A DNA stretch of 55,641 nt from Batkoa obscura. Lineage: Eukaryota. The notes beneath the pieces are model-generated. The model did no database searches and was not told the origin of the DNA. It worked only from the letters and a program-made list of their open reading frames with translations. How positions within the stretch are numbered: the stretch's first letter is position 1; each line of letters begins with the position of its first letter. Position numbers and translations under genes: made by a program. The DNA lies in NCBI GenBank assembly GCA_030770535.1, contig JASVEC010000109.1, positions 1 through 55,641 of the forward strand, read 5' to 3'. Shown here one piece after another: positions 31,342 through 47,540 of this stretch.

Positions 31342-32100
31342 ATGTATAATAGAAATCCATTAGAACAATTTATGATAAACGATATATTTAGTATATCATT
31401 CCCTATATTATCTATTAATAAAATTTCTTTAACTAATATTGGTTTATATTTAATTATAAGTTTAATAGTTATTGTTACTTTTAGTAAATTAGTAACAAAT
31501 ATTAATAATATAATAGGAAATAAAAGTTTATTAATAAAAGAATCATTATATGATACAGTACATAAAATAGTAAAAGATCAAATAGGTGTAGAAAATGAGA
31601 AATATTTACCATATTTATATACATTATTTATATTAATATTAACATCAAATTTAATAGGATTAATACCTTATAGCTTTACTTCAACATCACATCTTGCGTT
31701 AACGTTAAGTATGAGTGTATCAATATTAATAGGAGTTACAATAATAGGTATACAAAAACATAAATTAGTATTTTTTAGTATATTAATACCAGCTGGTACA
31801 CCATTAGGATTAGTACCATTATTAGTAATAATAGAAACTATATCATATTTAGCTAGAGCTGTAAGTTTAGGAGTAAGATTAGGAGCAAATATGATAGCAG
31901 GGCACGTATTATTAAAAATATTAGCAGGATTTATATATAAATTTATAACTACTTCATATATAGCATTAATAATAGGAATATTACCAATGGTAATATTTAC
32001 ATTATTAGTTGGATTAGAATTAGGGATTAGTGTATTACAAGCAATTGTATTTGTTATATTAACTTCATCTTATATTAAAGATGCGATAGCATTACATTAA
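31342..32100 (+). CDS. atp6: ATP synthase subunit 6
   Basis: NPLEQF and ARAVSLGVRLGANMIAGH. Confidence 0.98.
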   Translation: MYNRNPLEQFMINDIFSISFPILSINKISLTNIGLYLIISLIVIVTFSKLVTNINNIIGNKSLLIKESLYDTVHKIVKDQIGVENEKYLPYLYTLFILILTSNLIGLIPYSFTSTSHLALTLSMSVSILIGVTIIGIQKHKLVFFSILIPAGTPLGLVPLLVIIETISYLARAVSLGVRLGANMIAGHVLLKILAGFIYKFITTSYIALIIGILPMVIFTLLVGLELGISVLQAIVFVILTSSYIKDAIALH

Positions 32101-32120
32101 TAAAAGAGAGAGTTAAACCA

Positions 32121-36320
<4,200 letters not shown>

Positions 36321-36400
36321 AAAAATTAAATAGTGAGACGAGAGTCTAAAAGAATAGAAAAACTCTGCATTAATGCAGAGGGGAGGAAAAAGAAAAAAAA

Positions 36401-36664
36401 ATGAAATTAGGATTATTATTATTTTTAATGGGAATAGAAGGATTTATATTAAACAATAAAAATCTAATTTTAATGTTAATATGTATAGAAATAATGTTAT
36501 TAGCAACTACAGTATTAGTATTAACTTTCTCAATAACTTTTGATGATTTATTTGCTCATATATATGCATTATATATAATAGTATTAGCGGGAGCAGAATC
36601 AGCAATAGGATTAGCAATATTAGTAGCATTTTATAGATTAAGAGGGAAAATATCATTATCATAA
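36401..36664 (+). CDS. nad4L: NADH dehydrogenase subunit 4L
   Basis: IEIMLLA and AGAESAIGLAILV. Confidence 0.96.
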   Translation: MKLGLLLFLMGIEGFILNNKNLILMLICIEIMLLATTVLVLTFSITFDDLFAHIYALYIIVLAGAESAIGLAILVAFYRLRGKISLS

Positions 36665-36799
36665 CCTTCCAATAAATTGACAAAGGGGAATCTTCTAATA
36701 AGGGATAGAGGTCCTCTGCATAAAAGCAGAGGGAGGAATAGAACGGAGTTTGAAAAGGGACTTCAAGAAAAAAGTAAAAATAAAAAAAAAACAAAAATG
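36661..36799 (+). promoter_or_regulatory. native nad4L-cox3 spacer (cox3 leader), source of the dispersed repeat
   Basis: AACCTTCC, a GC hairpin and an A-rich tract before the cox3 ATG. Confidence 0.8.
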
Positions 36800-37588
36800 A
36801 ATTATAAAATACAAGCACATCCTTTCCATTTAGTAGAACCATCACCTTGGCCTTTAACTACATCATTAGGTTTAGGTATAATGACTATGGGTGGAGTTAT
36901 ATTTTTTTCAGGATTAGGTAGTAGTGTATTAATTATAGGATTTATAGTTACAGCCATGACAAGTGCATTATGGTGGAGAGATTGTATAAGAGAAGGTACA
37001 TTACAAGGACATCATACAAAAAAAGTAAGAAGAGGGATAAATATAGGATTTATATTATTTATAGTATCAGAAGTATTTTTCTTCTTTTCTATATTCTGGG
37101 CATATTTCCATTCTAGTTTATCACCTAGTGTAGAATTAGGAGGAATCTGGCCACCAATGGGTATAGAATCATTAAATATATGGGAATTACCATTATTAAA
37201 TACTATTATATTATTATCATCAGGTGCTACAGTAACAACTGCTCATCATGGATTAATATATAAAGATAGAAAAATAGTAATATTAAGTTTAATAGCGACT
37301 TTAATATTAGCAATATTATTTATAGCATGTCAAGGATTTGAATATTATAATGCACCATTTACTTTCAGTGACGGTGCATTTGGTTCAACTTTCTTCTTTT
37401 CAACAGGGTTCCATGGAATACATGTAATAGTAGGAACAATATTCTTAATGGTAGCTTTATATAGAGTATATAATTATGAATTAACTGATCAACACCATGT
37501 TGGATTTGAATCAGCTATATTATATTGGCATTTTGTAGATATAGTGTGGCTTTTCTTATTTATATCAGTGTATTATTGGGGATCATAA
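36797..37588 (+). CDS. cox3: cytochrome c oxidase subunit 3 (263 aa)
   Basis: HPFHLVEPSPWP N-terminus; ATG at 36797. Confidence 0.98.
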   Translation: MNYKIQAHPFHLVEPSPWPLTTSLGLGIMTMGGVIFFSGLGSSVLIIGFIVTAMTSALWWRDCIREGTLQGHHTKKVRRGINIGFILFIVSEVFFFFSIFWAYFHSSLSPSVELGGIWPPMGIESLNIWELPLLNTIILLSSGATVTTAHHGLIYKDRKIVILSLIATLILAILFIACQGFEYYNAPFTFSDGAFGSTFFFSTGFHGIHVIVGTIFLMVALYRVYNYELTDQHHVGFESAILYWHFVDIVWLFLFISVYYWGS

Positions 37589-37821
37589 GATAAAAAAAAT
37601 CTAAATTAAGAATAGTAAAAATAAACAGCAATAAGATTAGGAATATTAGTAGCATTAAATAAATAAAAAGGGAAAATATCATTATTATAACCTTCCAATA
37701 AATTGACAAAGGGGAATCTTCTAATAAGGGATAGAGGTCCTCTGCATAAAAGCAGAGGGAGGAATAGAACGGAATTTGAAAAGGGACTTCAAGAAAAAAG
37801 TAAAAATAAAAAAACACAAAA

Positions 37822-38604
37822 ATGAATAATAAAGCGTATTTAGAATATAAAATATATAAAATATTATCAAATAGAATATTATGAATAATATTATATATAT
37901 TATATATACAATTTTTATTTATTATATTAGGTTCACCTGTTTATTGTATGGATTCGGATAGTTATACTAATGCTGATGAAGTAAAAAAGGATAGTGAAGA
38001 CACTAAAGATTTTAATAAAGAGCAATTAAAAACAGGTGTAGAGAGAACATTATATCATTTAAAAGTAGCATTAAACGCAACAATAGGAGGAGCAGCATTA
38101 GGAGCAGCATTAGACGTAGCATCAGGAGATCCTAATGTAGGTAACAAAATAGCAATAGCAGGAATAGCAGGTGTAGCAAGAATAGGATTAGATGCAATAG
38201 AACATTCAATGTGTGAGAGTATAGACAACATGACAGAGGAAATATCAGAAGATAGATCACCGTCTCCAAGTATTTATGATTTGAATAAAAGAAATAGTAT
38301 ATTCGATATAGAATCAATAAAAGAGTGGTTAAACAGCTTAGAAGAAAAAGTGAGAATCATTGTCTGTGGGGTAATAACTTTAGGAGGAGGTATATTATTA
38401 TATATAACAAGAAAGATTAAGTTACATATTAGTGATAAAATATATAAAAAGGTTAATATAGAGAATGAAACATTAAAAAAAATAATAGAGAAAAAAAAAT
38501 ATATGAGTAATATTTTTGACAAATTAAATTTATTAGTAATATGTTTCTTTATTATATTAGGAATAATGATGATAATTTTTGCTGTATGAAAGTTTTATTT
38601 ATAA
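37822..38604 (+). CDS. orf260, intact copy (Gly/Ala-zipper family member A)
   Basis: ATG 37822 to TAA 38602-38604 with TGA=Trp. Confidence 0.82.
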
Positions 38605-38675
38605 AAATAAGCATGATTTAATAGAAAAAAACCTTCAATTCCCCCTTATATTTGAGGGGGGGGGGAGGAATAGAA

Positions 38676-38746
38676 AGGAAAATAATTTAATGGTAAAATA
38701 GTGGTCTTCAAAATCATATTTAAAGGTTCGAGTCCTTTTTTTCCTG
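38676..38746 (+). tRNA. trnW: tRNA-Trp(UCA), second copy
   Basis: same as 1624..1694. Confidence 0.9.
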
Positions 38747-38831
38747 GGGGGGGTAGAAAATTAATTTGTAATGGATATATATAGATTAGACAAAGGGGAA
38801 ATCTAAAGAGAAGGGAAGAAAAAAAAAGAAA

Positions 38832-40666
38832 ATGATAAAAAATATAATAAATAGCATAATAATAAATGACGCACCAGAACCATGGCAAATAGGATTTCAA
38901 GATAGTGCAAGTCCAATAGCCGAAGGAATATTAAGGATACATAATGAAATACTATATTATTTAATAGTAATATTAGTATTAATATGTTGGGTTTTAACAT
39001 CAATTATAGTTAAATACAATGAAAATAGTAATAAAATAAAATATAAATATTTAAACCACGGGACATTAATAGAATTAATATGGACAATAACACCAGCATT
39101 AATATTAATAGCGATAGCAATACCATCATTTAAATTATTATATTTAATGGATGAAGTAATAGAACCTACAATAACTTTAAAATTTACAGGTTTCTTATTA
39201 GGTGGCCTGATATTATATATAATAAATAAAAGAAAAGATACCTATGAATTAATCTATGAAAATCAAATAGAAATAATAGGTGAAAAAAATAAGATTTTTA
39301 ACCCTAACTTACATATAATGAAATTTAATAAACCAAATATAAGAGCAGATAAAAGAATAGGACCTCATAATAAAGAAATAATATCAGTGATAATAGGATC
39401 ATTATTAGGAAGTGCCTATGCTAATAGAAAATCAATAGAAGGAATAAGGATAGTATATAATAAAGGGAGGGAGTATAAGGAATATATAGATTATATATAT
39501 GAAAAATTAAATAAACAAGGATATTGTACAAATTTATTACCGAGAAAATATATAAGAGAAAGAAAAAAAGGTGACCAAATAAAAGAATATATCGGATATG
39601 AATTTAATACATTTACATTTAGAAGTTTAAATTGAATACATAAAATATTTTATAAAAATGGAAAAAAAGTAATAAATCCTAAAATAGAGAAATATATAGA
39701 TCCATTAGCATTAGCAATATGAATACAAGATGATGGAGGTTGAACTGAAAATGGAGTAAGAATATCAACAAATAGTTTAAAATTAGAAGAAGTACAATTT
39801 ATAGAAAAATTACTAAAAAAAAAATTTGAATTAAATTGTACAATTCAAAAAATTCAAATTCCTGATAAATATTTCATATATATAAAAATAGAGTCAATAG
39901 ATAAATTAAGAAAAATAGTATTACCATATTTTCATAAATCAATGTATTATAAATTAGGGTTAAAAATATAAAGTTCTTTTCATGGCCGAAGGGCCTCAAA
40001 TAATATATATAATAGTCGTGAGATATAAGAAAATATATTTCTAAGATCTCGACAGGGATCTTAAAGGATAATGGGTAATTATCTTTTGGCGACACGAGTG
40101 TAAACGGTTAAAATATAATTATAAATCAATACCAGAAAACTTTCTTAATGGGAGTTTTTAAGTAATTATACAAGACCGTCAGTAAATGATTTTTATTTTT
40201 TTATATTTACTGCTACAGACTGGGTCACTTGTGGGTATCATAAAGATGCTTAATGTACAGTCGAACGCATCAATGGTATTGGACTACAGAATATTCAGAT
40301 TATGTAAATGAATCAGATAATATAGAATTTGATAATTATATGGTTCCTACTGCTGATTTAGAATTAGGAAGATTAAGATTATTAGAAGTAGATAATAGAG
40401 TAATAGTACCAGTAGATACTCATGTAAGAGTAATAGTTACAAGTACAGATGTAATACACTCATTAGCAGTACCTTCATTAGGAGTTAAAATAGATGCTAT
40501 ACCTGGTAGATTAAACCAATCTTCATTCTTAATTAAAAGAGAAGGGGTATATTATGGACAATGTAGTGAATTATGTGGTATTTATCATGGGTTTATGCCA
40601 ATAGTAATAGAGGGTGTAAGTTTAGAAAAATATTTAGTATGGTTAAATGAACAGTTAGAAGGATAA
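38832..40666 (+). CDS. cox2: cox2, second copy; exons 38832..39191 and 40268..40666; intron LAGLIDADG ORF to 39971
   Basis: same as 1780..3614. Confidence 0.95.
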
Positions 40667-40678
40667 CCTTCCATAATA

Positions 40679-41507
40679 TGAAAAAAACATTAATAAGAGA
40701 ATAAAGGAAGATAATAAATAGAATATCAAAAGAGCGAAAACAAATTATTAAATTATAGTTTAGATCCAATTATTTAAGAATCGGGAATAGAAAGTATAAA
40801 AAAATAATATAAATAGAAGAATAAAGCGTGTATAAATAGAGAAAAATATAGAAAACATCATGATCGAGTATATATAGGATCAACAGTAAATTTATATAAA
40901 AGGATTTATGATCATTATCGAAATTCTACTTTAGATATACTCAGACATCCTAAGTTATATTCATATATAAATAAATACGGATGATCTAATATGGAAATAC
41001 AAATAATAGTTTTATTACCAGAATATAATAAACAAAATACGATTGAAATTACAATAGCTAAACAAATATTAAGTAAATATGAACTAATGATAAGTGAACT
41101 ATATTTAATAGATAAGAATAAACCAAGTTTAAATATAGATCTAATAGTTAATTATGGAGGTTTACCAAATAAAGGAGGAACTGGTTATAAAGTATTGGAG
41201 GAAGAAATATTATTAAGATCGATTAAGAGGAAGAAAATTTGATCCTAAAACAATAGAATAAATAAAATCAAAAGCATTTGGTAGACCAGCACAAACTAGA
41301 ACTAAAATGTCTATTTCTTCAGGTGGAGTGAAAATTTATGTTTATACTTTAGACTTAGTAAAATGTAATGAATTTCCGACTAAATCAGCGGCAGCTAAAG
41401 CTCTAGGTTGTTCAATTAGAACAATAGATAGGAGATGTAAAGATAGTAAACCTTATTTTATAGAGGGAGGTCCATATATATTATCTTTTGAGCCTAATAA
41501 AAAATAA
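40679..41507 (+). pseudogene. degenerate GIY-YIG, second copy
   Basis: same as 3627..4455. Confidence 0.8.
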
Positions 41508-41736
41508 TAGAAGGATAACCTTCCATAATATGAAAAATATAAAGAAAGAAATACTCGTAAACATTGGGTGGCCCGCAGGTAGGGCAAACAATTAGAACAG
41601 AATGGGGAGAAAATGAATAGAATAAATAATATTAAAAATATATGAGGGAAAAATTTCCTTATATAACCTACCCGAAAAATGAAAGGCTGCATAGAGCAAA
41701 AGAGAGACGGGGGACTAAGGATAGAAAAAGTAGAAA

Positions 41737-42372
41737 ATGATAATAACAAATTTTAATTTAATAAAAAAAAAAGAACAAACAATATATTCTGTTTGTGCTA
41801 TATATGTAGAATATGATAAATTTATAAATGGTATAAATAGAAGAGAAGCATATCTGAAAAAATATTATAGTAATAGAGACCTAAGGAATCCTAAAGGTAT
41901 AAATTATGAACCAATACAATTTGAAATCATTTGTAATAATAAGAAAGATTATAATATTTTATTAGGATTAAATTTACTAAAAAGTAATTTTAATAAAATT
42001 AATATATATAATAATAAATTTGATTATTTAATTAGTGATTTAGAAAATGTTATAAATCAAAGTATAAAAGAATTTGAAGAGGCTTCTAATATACAAATAG
42101 ATAATGAGGTATATTTTGATGAGATGTTAAATAGTTATTTAAATTTATTTAAAAGGAAAATATATTGTTATTTTAATATGGAAATGTATGAAGTTATAAA
42201 AGAATTAAAGAATAGAGGTGTAGTAATTACTGGAGGTAGTTCAATAAAAAAACATATATTAAATCCACAACATTATAGATTATTTTCACTCTGTAAAGAA
42301 ATCTTTATTAATGAGCAAGATATAAATAATTCTTATAAAAATAATGAAAAACTAAGATTTAATAAACCTTAA
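41737..42372 (+). CDS. orf211, second copy
   Basis: same as 4685..5320. Confidence 0.55.
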   Translation: MIITNFNLIKKKEQTIYSVCAIYVEYDKFINGINRREAYLKKYYSNRDLRNPKGINYEPIQFEIICNNKKDYNILLGLNLLKSNFNKINIYNNKFDYLISDLENVINQSIKEFEEASNIQIDNEVYFDEMLNSYLNLFKRKIYCYFNMEMYEVIKELKNRGVVITGGSSIKKHILNPQHYRLFSLCKEIFINEQDINNSYKNNEKLRFNKP

Positions 42373-42687
42373 ATTAATACTAAGTTTCTATCAATAGCAA
42401 GGCTGAGTACTTATTATATGAAAACCATTATAATGAATATAGTATTATTCATATAGTGCAACAGAATATAAAACAGGGATAGGGAGATTAATAAATATAA
42501 ATAGGATGACGATGATAGTGTTCTTATATTCTGCAATATTAAGTATTAATATGACTGATATAAGAAATTCAGGAATAAGAATATATAATAGGTTTTCGAT
42601 AACGACGGGTCAGGAGTAAAAGAAAAAGAATATATAAAGGGTTAGATAAACCAAAAATATCTATTTAGATGATAATAAAATAATAAA

Positions 42688-43424
42688 ATGAAAAAAATAA
42701 AAGATTTTCTTTTAGGATTTAAAAAAGGGTGGGAATTATCAATATTGCCAAATAAAATTAGTAAATTTCATAATAGTCCATGGATAAGAATATTTAGAGT
42801 AGTAGGTGGTTTATCTATATTAATTTGTTTAGGGAAAGGAATAATAATAGACTCCAAATTCATTATCTATGTAGTCCCTATTACTATAGTATATTTTATA
42901 TATACATTAATAATATTAAGTATAAAAATAAAACATATAATATATATATGGAAATCAGGAAAATTAGATTTCAGAAATTCCCCATTAAATAAATAAATGG
43001 GTTTAGGGGCTAGATTAGCGTGTAAAAGGAGCCTGTGAATATGGATTAGTTTTTGGATCTTTTTTAGGGGCTGGATTTGGAATAGATCAGATTTTGACTA
43101 ATTCAATCTCCTCTGGTGGCAGTATTTGGTCCAATAATAGGAACAGGGTTAGATAATATATTAAATAAAATAGGAATAAAAAATCCAAATATAGATAGTA
43201 ATCTAATGGAAATTAAAGAACAAATATCTAAAGATAAAGTAAATAAAGGAATGGCTATAAATATATTAAGAGAATTGCAGGAGTTAAAAGAAATGCAAGA
43301 CAATGAATTGATATCAATGGTGAGATAAGAGTTAGGAGAAGAGTTAGCCAAAAAAATATCAATAATGGGTGAGGATAGTCAGAAGTTAATAAATCATATA
43401 AAGGAGAAATATAATGATAAATAG
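42688..43424 (+). pseudogene. disrupted orf268 paralogue, second copy
   Basis: same as 5636..6372. Confidence 0.78.
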
Positions 43425-44047
43425 AAGCAAATCGATAGTAGTGAGGATAACCTTATTCAATCCTCAAGTATAAGGGGGATAAAAAGGTTCTAGGTCAACA
43501 TAGGAGTCGGAAGCCAGCCCTCCTTATAATTAGCAGAAAACTTGTTCTAATTAATATATTAATAATGCCAATAGTAATAGAAGGAGTAAGCTTGGAGAAA
43601 TACTAAGTATGGTAAAATGAACAAGGGTAGAATCATATAAGATGGAGCCTTCCGCCAGTTTACAAATAAGGAATTGGAAAATAATTAAACCATTTATCTT
43701 ATTAGGATTTTATCACATTTTATGGTTCTTGATAATTAGAAGAAGGAAAATAGGAGAGCACTAATATATTAGTAAAAAAGGAGGGTATCTATCTAAAAAT
43801 AAGAGGTGAAGTATCTGCATAATCTGAATATATAGTGCAGATATATAATACCTTTATACTTAAAGGTATTGGGGATAGAATATTAGTAGGAATATATAGT
43901 TTATTATTATAAAAAATTATCTAATAAATTGATAAAGGGGAATCTTCTAATAAGGGATAGAGGTCCTCTGCATAAAAGCAGAGGGAGGAATAGAACGGAG
44001 TTTGAAAAGGGACTTCAAGAAAAAAGTAAAAATAAAAAAAAACAAAA

Positions 44048-45238
44048 ATGAATTATAAAATACAAGCACAACTTTTACATTTAGTAGAACCATCACCTTG
44101 GCCTTTAACTATATCATTAGGTTTAGGTATAATGATTATAGGTGGGATTATAATTTTTTTAGGATTAGGAATAGGATTATTTTTATTAATGATAAGTTTC
44201 TTATTTATTATGAGTTTAATAATAAAGAAAAAGAAAATATATCAATTAATAGAAAAAGTAGAAGTTAATATACAATTAAATATTCTTAACATATTTAATA
44301 AAAATAAATATATTACTTATTTAATATGTTTTTTTGTATGTAATTATATATTAATAAAAACTGGAAATATAATCCAATGTATGGATGGAATAGATGGACC
44401 ATTGACTCCTGACTCGTCTCACAATGGAGACGATGATTTAGAAATAGATTTAAATATACAAAATCTAGAATCTGAAACAGAAAGGGGTATAAATGAAGAG
44501 GATAATAACAATATATTAGATTCTATAGCAGAGAGAATCATAGATGATAGTAGAGAATCATTATCATATACAATAGAGGAGTTTATGGATATACCAATAC
44601 ATATAGATACTTCTGTAAGAGGAGTGTCAAATTTTACTTTAAGTATAGTAAGTGGGGCTGGTGTAGGAATGGGTATATACTCTGGAGTGAGAGCGGCAGT
44701 AAGTGGATATAATTTAATGAGACCTAGACCAAGTGCATTAATAGGAGCTGGAATGGCAATAGTAGGAGGGATATCAGGAGGATTAATAATGTTAGCTTCA
44801 AGACAGTGAAGCAATGGAAGTATAAACAATGGAAGAATAACAATAGGGAGATCAAGTAGAAATAACTCAATAGGTTCTGATAGTGATAATTCAAATAGCG
44901 AAGGAGGACCATTAAGATCTGTATTGGAATTTGATATACAAGATTATATAGACGAACCTATAGTAGTAACATTGTTTGTAATAGTAACATTATTAATAAT
45001 TTCAATACAATTATTAAATTTTATAATATTAAGATTAATGTTTATAAAATTTTATGATAAAATAGAAATTAGATTAAAAAATTACCCGAGAATAAGTAAG
45101 TATAGTTTAAAGATGAAAAATATATTTTTAAAGGTAAGTACTATATATTATATTATAGGTATAATAATAATATATATAAATATACTAAGTAGCATATATT
45201 TTATAATAAAAATTTTAAATGAAATAGTAAAAATTTAA
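44048..45238 (+). CDS. orf396 (cox3-chimeric), second copy
   Basis: same as 6996..8186. Confidence 0.83.
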
Positions 45239-45372
45239 AATAACCTTCCAATAAATTGATAAAGGGGAATCTTCTAATAAGGGATAGAGGTCCTCTGCAT
45301 AAAAGCAGAGGGAGGAATAGAACGGAGTTTGAAAAGGGACTTCAAGAAAAAAGTAAAAAAAAAATAAAAATA

Positions 45373-46128
45373 ATGAGAATAGCATATATAAATACTCATA
45401 TAAAATTCTTTCTAATAAAAATATTATCAAATAGTTTACTTATGTTGATAATAAAAATAATATTTATACAATGTTTTTTTATATTGTATTATTCACCTAT
45501 ACTATTAATGGAGGGTGAAAGTGGTATAAATAGTTCTGAATCTGGAAGACAAAAGAATGAGGATTTAGAGGTTTTAGTATCTACTATAGAGGATGGTGGT
45601 AGAGCATTAAAAAATATTGGCTTAATAGGAATACCAGCAGCAGTAGTGGCATCTCAAGATGATTTACCATTGGCAATAGGAACAGCAATAGTTGGAGCAA
45701 CAGTAGAAGTAGCTGCGAAGGTAGCTAGGAATGAGATAAAAAGAAAATTATCTGATTCAAATAATGATATAATACCAGAGGATCCACCTTCACCAGGTTT
45801 TGGTACTACTTATGAGTCTAGTATGATACCAGATTTTAGTTGAATTATGGAAATATTTGAGGGTTTAGATAATAATGTAAAACTAATAATATTGGCTTTC
45901 ATATTAATAATTTGTGCTTTTTATTTTTATAATTTAATAAAAATTAAAAACAAAATAAATACTAAAATAAACACTTTAGGAGAAACAATTAATAATCCTT
46001 ATTTAAGTTTTTTTATAAAATTAAAAAATTATTTTAATAAATTTACAAACATATTTTTATATGTAATATTTATAATATGTATAGTATTTGCTATATTGAT
46101 TATAATATTCATTATATGATGGTTTTAA
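45373..46128 (+). CDS. orf251, second copy
   Basis: same as 8321..9076. Confidence 0.8.
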
Positions 46129-46376
46129 TAGATTCTAATAAAAACCTTCCATCTCCAGTGTATAAACGAGTATACATTGGGGATAGATAGAAAGAGAAGG
46201 AGGATAACATTTCGCATAATATAAATAATAAATAAGATAAAGCAAAGGGGACCTTTAAAAATATATACAGTGAGGAATATACCTGAGGAGATCAGCAGAA
46301 AAGGAGAGGAGGAAAGTGAAAGAAGAGAGAGAAAAGAATGGAAAGAAGTGATGAAAAAAAAAGAAAAAAAAAGAAA

Positions 46377-47069
46377 ATGGGAAATAAACATCCATTAAGT
46401 TTAGGATTAAAAAGGAATATAAATTGGTCAAGTATAATATATAAATATAATAATATAAATAAAGAAAAAAATAAAGAGAGAATAATAAATGAAATTATAT
46501 TACAAAAATATAAAGAGAGATTAATATCAAAACCAGTATATGAACATTTAAGTGAAAAAATAAAGGTAATAATAACAGAATATAAAAGAGTAAGAGAGGA
46601 AAAAAAAGAAATAAAAAAGATAGAAAATAAGATAAAAAAGAGAATAAATAAGGATATAGAGATAAATAAAATAGAAATAAAAAAACCTATATTAGATAGT
46701 AAAATATTAGGAGAATATATAAAAAAGAGAATGAAAAAGAATAGTATACAAAGGATAAGAAAGGAAATAAAAAGGGAAATAAAGATACCAAAGATGAGAG
46801 AAGAAGAAGAATACTCATATAATTGGTTAAAAATAAAAGAAAATTATATAAATAAGGAAATAAAATCATATATAAAAGGGATATATATAATAGTAAAAGG
46901 GAGAATTAGTAAGAAAAGAAGAGCACAAAGAAGTATGAAATATAGAATAAATATAGGGAGATTAGAATTTAATAAGATAAATAATATGATGGATTATAGT
47001 CAAATAAAAATAAATGGAATAAACGGGGTATATAATATAAAAATAGGGATAAAAACAGATATAGTATAG
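46377..47069 (+). CDS. rps3: ribosomal protein S3, second copy
   Basis: same as 9325..10017. Confidence 0.87.
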   Translation: MGNKHPLSLGLKRNINWSSIIYKYNNINKEKNKERIINEIILQKYKERLISKPVYEHLSEKIKVIITEYKRVREEKKEIKKIENKIKKRINKDIEINKIEIKKPILDSKILGEYIKKRMKKNSIQRIRKEIKREIKIPKMREEEEYSYNWLKIKENYINKEIKSYIKGIYIIVKGRISKKRRAQRSMKYRINIGRLEFNKINNMMDYSQIKINGINGVYNIKIGIKTDIV

Positions 47070-47075
47070 AGAGAG

Positions 47076-47487
47076 GGGGATATAGCTTAATTGGCAGAGC
47101 AATCGATTTGCAATCGGCAAGATAAGAGTTCGAGTCTCTTGATCTCCAGGATAGATGACAGAGTCTGGTTTAATGTGATGCATTTGAAATGCATAGAAAG
47201 AAATTTCCTAGGGTTCGAATCCCTATCTATCCTTATTTTATTATATAAAAATATCAACGGATTGCGGTCAAAAGGCTAGACGCCTTATTTGGGATAAGGA
47301 GGATACGAGTTCGAATCTCGTCAATCCGAGAAGCCTACTTGGAGAAATAGGTAAACTCGAAGAATTTAAAATTCTTTGCATAAAGCTTGAGGGTTCGACC
47401 CCCTCAGTAGGTAGAGAATATAGCTTAATAGCTAAGAGCATTAGACTTTTAATCTAAGTGGTTTGGGTTGGAGTCCCAATATTTTCA
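47076..47487 (+). tRNA. tRNA cluster Ala, Ser(UGA), Pro, Leu(UAA), Lys; second copy
   Basis: same as 10024..10435. Confidence 0.9.
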
Positions 47488-47540
47488 AGGGTAGGGGTGA
47501 TTCAAAGGGAGTAGAAAAGGAAAAAAGAAAAAGAAAAAAA

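Noticed and set aside
36677..36796. 40-aa N-terminal extension of Cox3 (MTKGNLLIRDRG..) and the same peptide at 8204
   Set aside because: Translation of the non-coding leader from a TTG; the true ATGs are at 36797 and 8321
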